From contig JBIPPB010000002.1 in the NCBI GenBank assembly GCA_044368655.1, positions 8,479 through 72,478 on the forward strand: a DNA stretch of 64,000 nucleotides. Direction: 5' to 3'. The notes beneath the pieces are model-generated. The model was given only the letters and a program-made list of their open reading frames with translations, did no database searches and was not told the origin of the DNA. Below are positions 37,661-46,902 of the stretch, in pieces (position 1 is the first letter of the stretch; each line of letters begins with the position of its first letter). Origin of the DNA: Chitinophagales bacterium (GTDB lineage Bacteria > Bacteroidota > Bacteroidia > Chitinophagales > JADJOU01). The position numbers and the translations under genes are program-made.

Positions 37661-38971
37661 TTATTTCTTTTTATACTGTTTGCCGTATTTTTTTTTCATT
37701 TCGGCCTCGTGGTTATAGCGTTTGTTGGTCTTTTTATTTTTATCTTTTTTATCATGAAATGCGCCGCCTTCCGAAATGTTAATTTTCTGATATTTATTAG
37801 GCATCGAACTTTTAGGCATTTCGTCAGGTAAAAGTTTTGCAACAAATTCAACCTCAATAGGAATTTCATCTAATGGAATTTGATATTGCATTAAGGATTC
37901 AATTTTTTCGAGTATTTCAATTTCTAGAGGCGTAGAAAATGAAATCGCAACACCATTTTTGTCATATCTTCCGGTTCTTCCAATTCGATGTATATAATTT
38001 TCAGCAACTTCGGGTAAATCAAAGTTGATTACATGGGTAACTTCTTCAATATCAAGTCCTCGCGCCAACAGGTCTGTTGCAACTAAAATTCGTGCAGCCC
38101 CAGATTCAAAGGCTTCGAGCGCTTCAAATCTTTTGTTCTGTTGTTTATTTGCATGAATTAATTGAATATCGTCTTCATAGTGTTCCGAAATGGTATCAAA
38201 TAAAAATTCAGCTTTCTTTTTGGTACTCACAAAAACCAAAACCTTTTTTAAATTTTCGTTATCCAATAAGTTTTTTAATAAATTTACTTTGGTATAAAAA
38301 TTCGGTACTTCATAACGAATTTGCTGAATTGATTCCAATGGAGTTCCAGCCGGAACGGCTTCTATCATTATTGGAAAATTAAAAAAAGTTTCCATGATTT
38401 CTTCAGTTTCTCGCATTAAAGTAGCGGAAAATAAAAGATTTTGTCTCTTTTTCGGTAATTTGTCAAAAATAACAAGCAATTGAGCGCGAAATCCAAGATT
38501 AAGCATTTCATCAAACTCATCAATAATGAGCCTTTTTATATTTTTTACTTTAACCGTCCCGTTTAATAAAAAATCTACCAAACGTCCAGGAGTTGCAACC
38601 AAAACATCTACACCATTCATAATCCGTTCTGCTTGTGTTTTTGTCGTCGTTCCGCCATAAATACCCACCGTTCTTACAGTCATAAATTGAGTCAATTTTC
38701 GAACTTGCTCTACAACTTGTACAACCAATTCTCGGGTTGGAACTAATATAATAATCTGAGGATGAGGTTCTTTTGAGAAATTAAACATTCTCAAACTCGG
38801 AAGCAGATAAGCAAAAGTTTTACCTGTTCCAGTTTGTGCAATGGCACATATATCGCGCCCCGACATAGCAACCGAAAAAACTTCTTTTTGAATATGGGTT
38901 GGTGTCTCCAAGCCCAATGCATCAATTGCTTTTAATAACGATTTGCTTAAATTGAGTTCGTCAAAAGTCAT
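37661..38971 (-). CDS. DEAD-box ATP-dependent RNA helicase
   Basis: It has the Q-motif, AQTGTGKT, DEFD (a DEAD variant), SAT, HRIGRTGR, and a basic C-terminal tail. Confidence 0.9.
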   Translation of the reverse strand: MTFDELNLSKSLLKAIDALGLETPTHIQKEVFSVAMSGRDICAIAQTGTGKTFAYLLPSLRMFNFSKEPHPQIIILVPTRELVVQVVEQVRKLTQFMTVRTVGIYGGTTTKTQAERIMNGVDVLVATPGRLVDFLLNGTVKVKNIKRLIIDEFDEMLNLGFRAQLLVIFDKLPKKRQNLLFSATLMRETEEIMETFFNFPIMIEAVPAGTPLESIQQIRYEVPNFYTKVNLLKNLLDNENLKKVLVFVSTKKKAEFLFDTISEHYEDDIQLIHANKQQNKRFEALEAFESGAARILVATDLLARGLDIEEVTHVINFDLPEVAENYIHRIGRTGRYDKNGVAISFSTPLEIEILEKIESLMQYQIPLDEIPIEVEFVAKLLPDEMPKSSMPNKYQKINISEGGAFHDKKDKNKKTNKRYNHEAEMKKKYGKQYKKK

Positions 38972-39004
38972 AATTTCTTGAAAAGCTTACTTTTTGAATA
39001 ATTA

Positions 39005-39012
39005 CAAAAGTA
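39005..39012 (-). promoter_or_regulatory. Candidate -7 promoter box for the DEAD-box helicase
   Basis: The minus strand reads TACTTTTG, 33 nt upstream of the start codon. Confidence 0.35.
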
Positions 39013-39370
39013 TAAAAAAAACAAGAAATGGGCTTAAAACAAAAGTTAAAATCATTTAAATACGATTGATTTAAAGGATAAATGACTTTTTTATTCATTC
39101 GTTCAAAACGAATCAAAGGCCCCATTTTAGCTTTGTTTAATGACAAGAAATTTCCATCGGTTGTGTAATTGTCACAATCTAGTTACACATTTATAAATTC
39201 ATCTTCAATACTATTCGTTTCCATTTTTGATTTCAAATATTAGGAAATAATGTTTTTAATAAAATATAATGAAGTCTTAGAAATTCTATTTTACGAAGAT
39301 ACTTAATTTTTGTTTCACATTATAAATATCCATTAAATAATTTTTTAAAGCTATTTTTTTATAAATTGAA

Positions 39371-39378
39371 TAGTTTTG
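39371..39378 (+). promoter_or_regulatory. Candidate -7 promoter box
   Basis: TAGTTTTG lies 44 nt upstream of the ATG at 39423. Confidence 0.35.
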
Positions 39379-39422
39379 TATTTTTTAGAAAGAATTTATA
39401 TTTAAAATATAACAACGAATTT

Positions 39423-40670
39423 ATGGAGCAGGTAAATCATTATAAACCAAATCATAAAATAAAAATTGTAACCGCAGCATCTCTATTTGATGGTCATGAT
39501 GCTGCCATCAATATTATGCGCCGTATTATTCAGCAAAGAGGCGTTGAAGTGGTACATTTAGGTCATAATCGTTCGGTATCCGAAATTGTAAATACAGCCA
39601 TTCAAGAAGATGCGAATGCAATTGCTATAACGAGTTATCAAGGCGGTCATATCGAGTTTTTTAAATATATGTATGATTTGCTTAAAGAAAGAAATTCGGG
39701 TCATATCAAAATTTTTGGCGGCGGTGGCGGTACGATTCTTCCAAATGAAATCAAAGAATTGATGGATTATGGAATTTGCAGAATTTATTCTCCAGATGAT
39801 GGAAGAGCGATGGGTTTAGATGGAATGATCGACGATTTAGTTGCTAAATGTGATTTCCCTACAGGAAAAGATATCGCTATAACTTCAATTGAAGATATTA
39901 AAAAACAAGATTATAAAGCCATTGCTGAAGCTATTTCGGCCGTAGAAAATTATCCAGAATTGCATCAAGATTTTTTAAATCAAATTGAAACGCTTGCTGA
40001 AAAAAGTAAAACGCCAATTTTGGGTATAACTGGAACCGGAGGTGCAGGAAAATCTAGTATTGTCGATGAAATTGTACGTCGTTTTTTATACCATTTTACT
40101 GATTATAAAATTGCAATTTTATCCGTTGATCCTTCGAAAAGAAAAACAGGCGGTGCGCTTTTAGGAGATCGAATTCGAATGAATTCAATCAATAATGATC
40201 GGGTATATATGCGCAGTTTGGCAACCCGCCAAAGTAATTTAGCATTATCCAAATATGTAAATGATGCTTTAGAAATTCTTAAAACAGCTAACTTTGATTT
40301 AATAATTTTAGAGACCTCGGGTATTGGTCAAAGTGATACCGAAATTGTAGATCATAGTGATGTAAGTCTTTATGTCATGACACCTGAATTTGGAGCGGCA
40401 TCTCAACTTGAAAAAATAGATATGTTGGATTTTGCAGATATTGTTGCGATTAACAAGTTTGATAAAAGAGGCGCATTAGATGCGTTGAGAGATGTAAAAA
40501 AACAGTTTCAACGCAATCATAATCTTTGGGATGAAGATCCTGACACCATGCCTGTTTATGGAACGATTGCTTCTCAATTTAATGACCCAGGTACAAATTC
40601 GTTATTTTATAATTTGATGAAGGCTATTAATACAAAAGCAATAGCCTTAAAAAATGATAAAAATTCGTAG
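39423..40670 (+). CDS. IcmF-like N-terminal half: cobalamin-binding domain fused to a MeaB/MeaI-type G-protein chaperone, with no mutase substrate-binding domain
   Basis: [55 protein letters not shown] closely resembles the N-terminus of fused isobutyryl-CoA mutase as I recall it. GTPase motifs follow: [12 protein letters not shown] (P-loop), [13 protein letters not shown]. The ATG at 39423 is preferred over the tracker's TTG at 39366. Confidence 0.75.
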   Translation: MEQVNHYKPNHKIKIVTAASLFDGHDAAINIMRRIIQQRGVEVVHLGHNRSVSEIVNTAIQEDANAIAITSYQGGHIEFFKYMYDLLKERNSGHIKIFGGGGGTILPNEIKELMDYGICRIYSPDDGRAMGLDGMIDDLVAKCDFPTGKDIAITSIEDIKKQDYKAIAEAISAVENYPELHQDFLNQIETLAEKSKTPILGITGTGGAGKSSIVDEIVRRFLYHFTDYKIAILSVDPSKRKTGGALLGDRIRMNSINNDRVYMRSLATRQSNLALSKYVNDALEILKTANFDLIILETSGIGQSDTEIVDHSDVSLYVMTPEFGAASQLEKIDMLDFADIVAINKFDKRGALDALRDVKKQFQRNHNLWDEDPDTMPVYGTIASQFNDPGTNSLFYNLMKAINTKAIALKNDKNS

Positions 40671-40687
40671 TTTTTAAAAATTAATAC

Positions 40688-40695
40688 TAATTTTG
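40688..40695 (+). promoter_or_regulatory. Candidate -7 promoter box for uppS
   Basis: TAATTTTG lies 31 nt upstream of the ATG at 40727. Confidence 0.35.
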
Positions 40696-40726
40696 TCTTT
40701 CTTATTTAATCACATTTAATTCTCAG

Positions 40727-41449
40727 ATGAGTCAGTCGATCCAAATTCCTAATCATATTGCTATTATTATGGACGGTAATGGTAGGTGGGCAAAAAAACA
40801 AGGTCAAGATCGCACGTTTGGTCATCAAAATGGGGTAGAGGCAGTTCGAGAAGCCATCAAAGGATGTCGAGAGAAAGGTGTAAAATTCCTGACTTTGTAT
40901 GCGTTTTCTTCTGAGAACTGGAATCGACCAAAAGATGAGGTTGATTTTTTGATGGGATTATTGGTAGAAGCGATTAAAAACGAAACTCCAGAGTTATTAA
41001 AAAATGGAATCAAATTAGAATCAATCGGTGACATTTCGCAGTTGCCAAATGAAAGTTATAAATCTTTATTGGAAGCGAAAGCCGCAACGGCTCATAATAC
41101 AGAACTAACACTTATTTTAGCTTTGAATTATGGAGGCCAAAATGAAATCATTCAAGCTGCAAATGCTCTAATTGAAGATTCTAAAAATGGAAATTTGCCA
41201 TATTTTCCTATAGATAATGCCTTGTTTCAAAGTAAATTATATACAGCCGCATTCCCAAATCCAGATTTGTTGATTCGGACTTCAATGGAACTAAGAATCA
41301 GTAATTTTTTGCTTTTTCAATTGGCTTATAGTGAATTCTTTTTTTTAGATATATTTTGGCCCGAATTTACAAGACAGCATTTGTTCGATTGTATCGAAAA
41401 GTTTCAAAATCGTGAACGAAGATATGGAAAGACCAGTGAGCAACTTTAA
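40727..41449 (+). CDS. uppS: Isoprenyl transferase (undecaprenyl diphosphate synthase)
   Basis: HIAIIMDGNGRWA, LTLYAFSSENWNRP, RTSMELRISNFLLFQLAYSEFFF. Confidence 0.9.
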   Translation: MSQSIQIPNHIAIIMDGNGRWAKKQGQDRTFGHQNGVEAVREAIKGCREKGVKFLTLYAFSSENWNRPKDEVDFLMGLLVEAIKNETPELLKNGIKLESIGDISQLPNESYKSLLEAKAATAHNTELTLILALNYGGQNEIIQAANALIEDSKNGNLPYFPIDNALFQSKLYTAAFPNPDLLIRTSMELRISNFLLFQLAYSEFFFLDIFWPEFTRQHLFDCIEKFQNRERRYGKTSEQL

Positions 41450-42182
41450 TCTAGAAAAATATTTTATAAAAAAGGTCTTTTTTATATTGGTTTTATTCTT
41501 GTCTCCACAACTCATTTTAGCAGAAGATGACCTCATGATGGTTAAAGATGCCGATGTTGATTTGCCATTAGATTCTACAAAATATAATGTAAGTTTTCAG
41601 TTTATAATGAATGAAGAAACCTATACATACAGAGATTTAAAGAAACTCATTCCAAGGTATGCCACAAAACATTTTGATACTTCAATTTATAATTATATTT
41701 CAGAAAATACAAGATGGATTGACTTTTATGTCATTTTTCCATGCCATAAAATAGATACTCAATTTATTAGTAAAAAAAACATTCCAAAAGGTTTTCTATT
41801 GTTTGATATGCAAATAAAATATGAAAACAGTTCCTATGTTTTTGAACTCAATAATTTTGAATGGTTAGACGAAAAAAAAGTTGTAAGAAGCATAAGTAAA
41901 ATGTATAAAAGCTATAAAACGACATCGGATCCAAAAGAACGGAATTTGTATTATGGCGCATTAAAAACCGCGGAATATTTGATTGCAAAAACACTAAACA
42001 AATATACCGATCTAGTTGATGAGTTAATTGAGAATAAACTCCAATTTAAAGAACATATAAACACAGATACCATAAAACCAAATAAGATTGAAAATAAAAC
42101 AGAAAAAAAATCGTTAGAAATTGAAAAACCAAAAGAGGTTTTTGAAAATCCATTTTTGGACCTTATAAAAGATATAAAGTAA
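41412..42182 (+). CDS. Hypothetical secreted protein
   Basis: Hydrophobic signal-like segment KKVFFILVLFLSPQLILA. No confident family assignment. The start is ambiguous (41412 or 41424), and both overlap the uppS 3' end. Confidence 0.45.
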   Translation: MNEDMERPVSNFNLEKYFIKKVFFILVLFLSPQLILAEDDLMMVKDADVDLPLDSTKYNVSFQFIMNEETYTYRDLKKLIPRYATKHFDTSIYNYISENTRWIDFYVIFPCHKIDTQFISKKNIPKGFLLFDMQIKYENSSYVFELNNFEWLDEKKVVRSISKMYKSYKTTSDPKERNLYYGALKTAEYLIAKTLNKYTDLVDELIENKLQFKEHINTDTIKPNKIENKTEKKSLEIEKPKEVFENPFLDLIKDIK

Positions 42183-42184
42183 GT

Positions 42185-42814
42185 ATGTTTCGAGTTAAAA
42201 TAAATATTTTTTTTATATTATTATTGTGTCTTTTTCAGATGAATTCATTAAGTTCTCAAACGTTTTCATTGGGGCCATATGCGGGATTAAATGTGTCGGA
42301 TGTAGGTATTAAAACGATAGATACGACTCCAATATCTGATGCGAAATTTGGGTATCAATTTGGATTGTTTACTCGTGTTCAAATCAAACCCATTTTTATT
42401 CAATTGGAAGCTTCTTATTTTTACAGTCGTTCGGCCATTGAATATAAACAAAATGAAATTGTTCCTCAAAGTATTGATGTGGGTTATGTTGCATTTTCGG
42501 GAATGCTCGGTCTTAAACTAGGTACACTTCGAATACAAGCAGGGCCTTTTATGCATCGTGATGTTATCTTTTTACAAAATGAATCTATTAAAGATCAAAT
42601 TAATATAGAAAAAGATGGCGTGCAAAATTTATTTGGTGTACAAGCGGGGATTGGAGTTAATATTGCAAAAAGATGGAATATTGATTTTAGGTATTTAAAA
42701 TATTTTAGTCCTACAAATTATGTTTTTAAAGAATCTTCTGGAGAAATAAAAATAAGAGAAGCCTCTCCATCTGCTTTAGCCATTCATTTGGGATATGCTA
42801 TTCTAAAGAAATAA
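42185..42814 (+). CDS. Small outer-membrane beta-barrel protein (OMP_b-brl_2/porin-like)
   Basis: Signal peptide present. Alternating amphipathic beta-strand pattern with an aromatic-rich C-terminus (IHLGYAILKK). Confidence 0.5.
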   Translation: MFRVKINIFFILLLCLFQMNSLSSQTFSLGPYAGLNVSDVGIKTIDTTPISDAKFGYQFGLFTRVQIKPIFIQLEASYFYSRSAIEYKQNEIVPQSIDVGYVAFSGMLGLKLGTLRIQAGPFMHRDVIFLQNESIKDQINIEKDGVQNLFGVQAGIGVNIAKRWNIDFRYLKYFSPTNYVFKESSGEIKIREASPSALAIHLGYAILKK

Positions 42815-42818
42815 GTCT

Positions 42819-44924
42819 ATGATGCGTTTTCTTATCATTTTATTTTTTAGTAAAAGTGCGCTTTTTGCTCAAATCGATGTATTTAAAATGCGTTCTGATT
42901 TTGAAACGTTTCAAAAAAAGTGGCAAACACGAGGCGAAGTTTCTCAAAATCTACAAGGCGTTTCTAAGGATTCTATTTGGCACCAGTTTGATTTGGAAAA
43001 TCTTTCACTATTACAAAAAAACAGTGCTTTCTTTTTGAGTCAAAGTAAACCTTTAGAACCACAAATAAATTATAGAGGCTTTGCTTCGCATCAAATTGGA
43101 ATGGCTATTGATGGGCATCAAATTGAACTTTCGGCATTAAATACGAATTCCTTATTGCCCTTTTTTAACTTGGGTATTTTTAATAAATTAGAGATTGCAT
43201 ACGGTCAAAATTCGCTTACCTATAGCCAAAATACACAAGGTGGGATTTTGAATTTCTTTTCGTCACGTTCTCCTATTTTTAATGAAAAATATGAAGATCT
43301 ATCGGCTGTTTTAGGTTATAATCTAAATTCGAAAGCACAAACGGTATCGATTCAATTTCAAAAATCGAATCATAAATGGCAAAATCAAACTCGAATATTT
43401 TATCAAAAAGCGGATGCATATACTATTGGCGCTTCTTTAAATGATCAATATGGAACTTTTGGGCAACAGCTTTTTTTAGATAACGAAAAGGGAACTTTGA
43501 ATTCAAATCCACATCAAATTCCAAACGCATCGTATCAGATGATTCAAGTTTTGCAGAAGAATTCTTTGTTTTTTAATAAAAGAAATCATATCAATTTCCT
43601 TGCTTTTGTCTCTACTTTGGATGATAATTTATCGCCAATGCCATGGGATTATAGTTACAGTCCGACGAGTGCACAAAACAGACCTATTGTTTTTGGAAAA
43701 TTAGACGCTGTTTGGTATCAGGATGAAGGCTTTTTTTCAAAGTTAAATGCGGGGGTTTTGTATTCAGGATTTGAAAAATCAGACAATTATTTAAGTTCTA
43801 ATAATCAATATTGGAATCATTTTATTAGCAATTATAGTTTGAAAGGTTTTGTTGATATGTATAAAAATATAAATTCAAAATGGATTTTATTCGCAAACGC
43901 CAATTTGGTTGGTCAAGGCCTATCAATGAATCATACCTTTATGGATGTCAATACCAATTCATCAAGTTTTAAAGATTTAATACAAGCTAATTTAAGTTCA
44001 AAATTAGAATATCGACACAGTGATAACGTTTCCTATTTATTTGGATTTAGGGTCGGAAGCCAACAAGTCAATTTACCTTTTAATTATAAACCATTATTAA
44101 TTCAAATTCCAACGGAAAATTATTATAAGCAAAATCTATTGAATTACACCGCTTATTTAACTTGGGCTAGGCATTCCTGTGAGAGTAATAATTACAGCGC
44201 CTCTTTATTTTACACCAAAAGGAATCCATCCGTTTACGAATCTTTTTCAACAGATTTTGTCGGTTTAATTTCACCTTATAAGGATTTAAAAAGTGAAGAA
44301 ATTTTGGGTGTAGAGTCGCATTTCTATAAAAAATTAGACGATCAGCTTGAAGTCCAATTTTCACCATTTGCCCATTTATTTTTTAATAAAATATCAAATG
44401 GGATTACAAACATTGATGATACCATTCGATTGGGGAATCAAAGATATTTTGAACAAGATCGAAAAAATATAAAAAATGCCTTTTCAATTGGCGGTTCACT
44501 AGATATTAAATATCATCTATCCAATCGACTTTTGTTTTATACGGTTGGTCATTTAATGAAATCCCAAACTAGCGAGAATCAAACATTAGAAAATACGCCT
44601 CCTATTTATGGAAGTTTTGGATTTAAAGCCAATTTTAATACGTCTTTTTTTCATTTTTGGATGTTTTTCAATGCCACAAAAAATGTAAATGATATGGGAT
44701 ATCTAAATCATATTCAAAATCAAAATGCGGCTTTTATTAATAACCAATTGTTTGGGAATCCCGGTTTTGCTGTTTTCAATTTTCAATGGATTCAAAAAAT
44801 ACATTCAAAAATGGATGTTTCGTTTCAAATAAATAATTTATTAAATCAAAATTACCGTGCTTTTCAAAGTGAACGGTCTGGTTTAGGAAGAAATGTTCAA
44901 ATGAATATTCAACTGAAATTATAA
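42819..44924 (+). CDS. TonB-dependent receptor-like outer membrane protein with a degenerate plug
   Basis: Signal peptide present. Plug-like NYRGFASHQIGMAIDGHQI and LEIAYGQNSLTYSQNTQGGILNFFS. A long barrel ends in LNQNYRAF..GLGRNVQMNIQLKL. Confidence 0.55.
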   Translation: MMRFLIILFFSKSALFAQIDVFKMRSDFETFQKKWQTRGEVSQNLQGVSKDSIWHQFDLENLSLLQKNSAFFLSQSKPLEPQINYRGFASHQIGMAIDGHQIELSALNTNSLLPFFNLGIFNKLEIAYGQNSLTYSQNTQGGILNFFSSRSPIFNEKYEDLSAVLGYNLNSKAQTVSIQFQKSNHKWQNQTRIFYQKADAYTIGASLNDQYGTFGQQLFLDNEKGTLNSNPHQIPNASYQMIQVLQKNSLFFNKRNHINFLAFVSTLDDNLSPMPWDYSYSPTSAQNRPIVFGKLDAVWYQDEGFFSKLNAGVLYSGFEKSDNYLSSNNQYWNHFISNYSLKGFVDMYKNINSKWILFANANLVGQGLSMNHTFMDVNTNSSSFKDLIQANLSSKLEYRHSDNVSYLFGFRVGSQQVNLPFNYKPLLIQIPTENYYKQNLLNYTAYLTWARHSCESNNYSASLFYTKRNPSVYESFSTDFVGLISPYKDLKSEEILGVESHFYKKLDDQLEVQFSPFAHLFFNKISNGITNIDDTIRLGNQRYFEQDRKNIKNAFSIGGSLDIKYHLSNRLLFYTVGHLMKSQTSENQTLENTPPIYGSFGFKANFNTSFFHFWMFFNATKNVNDMGYLNHIQNQNAAFINNQLFGNPGFAVFNFQWIQKIHSKMDVSFQINNLLNQNYRAFQSERSGLGRNVQMNIQLKL

Positions 44925-44963
44925 CAATTTAGTAAAAATCATCTTTGATTTTTTGTTTTATCT

Positions 44964-44971
44964 TATATTTG
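44964..44971 (+). promoter_or_regulatory. Candidate -7 promoter box for dnaX
   Basis: TATATTTG lies 19 nt upstream of the ATG at 44991. Confidence 0.45.
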
Positions 44972-44990
44972 TACTTCTAAAAAAAAATAA

Positions 44991-46133
44991 ATGAGTGAAG
45001 CTTTTATAGTTTCGGCAAGAAAGTACCGTCCCAAACGATTTGATGAAGTCGTGGGGCAGGAGTCTACAACCCAAACTTTAAAAACAGCTATTAAAAACAA
45101 ACAGCTGGCACATTCGTTTTTATTTTGTGGTCCTCGTGGTGTTGGTAAAACGACAATAGCAAGGATTTTAGCTAAAACAATAAATTGTAAAGATTTACAA
45201 TCCGATGGAGAAGCTTGCAATCAATGCGATTCTTGTACTTCTTTCGACGCCAATGCATCTTTTAATATCTATGAATTGGATGCGGCTAGTAAAAACTCCG
45301 TGGATGATATCAAACGTTTAATTGAGCAAGTGCAATATCCTCCTCAAAATGCGCAGTATAAAATTTTCATCATTGACGAGGTGCACATGTTGAGTTCTCA
45401 AGCTTTTAATGCTTTTTTAAAAACATTAGAAGAACCGCCTGAGTATGCCAAATTTATTTTAGCGACAACCGAAAGACACAAAATTTTACCTACGATTTTA
45501 TCGCGTTGTCAGATTTATGATTTTATGCGTATTTCGGTGCGAAATATTACGTCGCATTTAGCAAAAATCGCTGAAAAAGAACATATCGAAGCCGAAGAAA
45601 ATGCATTAATTCTAATATCACAGAAAGCGGATGGTGGACTTAGAGATGCTTTATCGATGTTTGACCGTTTGACAAGTCTTAATGATAAAAATCTTAGTTA
45701 TCAGTCGGTTTTAGATAATTTAAACATTTTAGATTATGATTATTTTTTCAAATTTGTAGATACGATTCATCAGCAAGATACCTCCCAGTTGTTATTGTAT
45801 ATTGAGGATGTTTTGAGTAAAGGATTTGAATTAGATACACTTCTTGAAGGTCTTTCGCAGCATATTCGTAATTTATGGGTTTGTATTCATCCAAAAACAA
45901 TTGAATTGCTGGAGCACAGTAATGATATTAAAGAAAAATATAAAAATCAGTCGAAATTATATCAAGAATCCACATACTTGAATTTACTTCAAATTTTATC
46001 CGATGCCGAAAATGCTGTAAAACATTCCAGAAATAAAAGGCTTGTCGTAGAACTCGCGCTTTTAAAAATGGTATATCTTGATAAACTTACAAATACAACT
46101 TGGACGCATCTCGAAGTCGAAAAAAAAAAATAA
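44991..46133 (+). CDS. dnaX: DNA polymerase III subunit gamma/tau, zero-frame product (gamma-like, domains I-III)
   Basis: RPKRFDEVVGQ, Walker A GPRGVGKTT, a Zn module CNQCDSC, DEVHML, and the SRC motif LSRCQ. The ORF ends GAA AAA AAA AAA TAA. Confidence 0.9.
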   Translation: MSEAFIVSARKYRPKRFDEVVGQESTTQTLKTAIKNKQLAHSFLFCGPRGVGKTTIARILAKTINCKDLQSDGEACNQCDSCTSFDANASFNIYELDAASKNSVDDIKRLIEQVQYPPQNAQYKIFIIDEVHMLSSQAFNAFLKTLEEPPEYAKFILATTERHKILPTILSRCQIYDFMRISVRNITSHLAKIAEKEHIEAEENALILISQKADGGLRDALSMFDRLTSLNDKNLSYQSVLDNLNILDYDYFFKFVDTIHQQDTSQLLLYIEDVLSKGFELDTLLEGLSQHIRNLWVCIHPKTIELLEHSNDIKEKYKNQSKLYQESTYLNLLQILSDAENAVKHSRNKRLVVELALLKMVYLDKLTNTTWTHLEVEKKK

Positions 46134-46668
46134 CGTAAGCGAAGTTGTTTCTAAACAAGTTGACACAGAAGCAATTCAAACTCCAATCAAAGATTTAGAA
46201 GAATCAAAACCAGTTAAGTCTCCTGCGATGCTGTCGATTGAAGATTTAGCACAAAAAGTAGAAAAAGAAATCAGTAGCTCGCAAGTTGCTGATGAAGTCG
46301 TAGAGATTCAAACTGTAGAAAATCTTAATATTTGGCCAGAATTAATTCCATTATTACCCAAAGGAAATGTCAATATCGATTATATCAAAGGATTGGAGCC
46401 TGAAATTAAAAATGACACCTTTGTTTTTAATGTTTCCAATACCATTCAAGAGCAAATGGTGCTTTCTTGTTTTAGAATTTTAAAACAAGTATATTTCCAA
46501 AAAACGTCCAAAAATGCGGGATTTGAGTGTATGGTTAATGAATCCTTAGTTGAAACCTTTTCCAATAGTGCTTCTTTAAGTAAAACGGACAAATTTAATG
46601 CCTTAGCCCAAAAAAATCCATTACTAAACAAATTATTGGTAGATTTTGGTTTGGATTTGTATGATTAG
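46078..46668 (+). CDS. dnaX: dnaX tau-specific C-terminal region, encoded in the +1 frame relative to 44991-46133
   Basis: The +1 frame is open across the A tract. It reads ..KKKNNVSEVVSKQVD.. for about 179 codons after the tract, through an acidic/Pro-rich linker and then a folded-looking C-terminus ending NPLLNKLLVDFGLDLYD. There is no independent promoter or plausible own start context. Only the part after the A tract is expected to be translated, as a fusion. Confidence 0.6.
   Translation: MINLQIQLGRISKSKKKNNVSEVVSKQVDTEAIQTPIKDLEESKPVKSPAMLSIEDLAQKVEKEISSSQVADEVVEIQTVENLNIWPELIPLLPKGNVNIDYIKGLEPEIKNDTFVFNVSNTIQEQMVLSCFRILKQVYFQKTSKNAGFECMVNESLVETFSNSASLSKTDKFNALAQKNPLLNKLLVDFGLDLYD
46120..46130 (+). 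repeat. A11 homopolymer at the dnaX frame junction
   Basis: Counted directly: a at 46120 plus aaaaaaaaaa at 46121-46130, followed immediately by TAA (46131-46133). Confidence 0.95.
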
Positions 46669-46859
46669 TTTGACTTAATAATTAAACGTATAATTAATTG
46701 TAAATCAATAAATTTTAAAATTTATTCTTGAAATGATAACGCGGAGTTGAACTCAAATAGTTAATGTATTTATAACTGCGTATTCATCTAATGCTTAAAT
46801 TAGTTTAAATACAAAACAAAAATCATCTAAAAACATAAACACTTTTTAGATAAATTTTA

Positions 46860-46867
46860 TATCTTTG
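46860..46867 (+). promoter_or_regulatory. Candidate -7 promoter box
   Basis: TATCTTTG lies 35 nt upstream of the ATG at 46903. Confidence 0.4.
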
Positions 46868-46902
46868 TGAGTTTTTTATAATTAAAAAAGTCTTAAAAAA
46901 TA

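Noticed and set aside
38961-39146. Minus-strand 61-aa ORF upstream of the DEAD-box helicase
   Set aside because: It overlaps the helicase start and its promoter box, has no signal, motif or sensible start context, and fits random ORF length in AT-rich DNA.
39366-39422. TTG start at 39366 for the IcmF-like gene
   Set aside because: The added residues ([19 protein letters not shown]) overlap the candidate promoter box. Similarity to IcmF begins just after the ATG at 39423.
44963-45220. Minus-strand 85-aa ORF
   Set aside because: It is antisense to the highly conserved AAA+ region of dnaX, so it is a shadow ORF.
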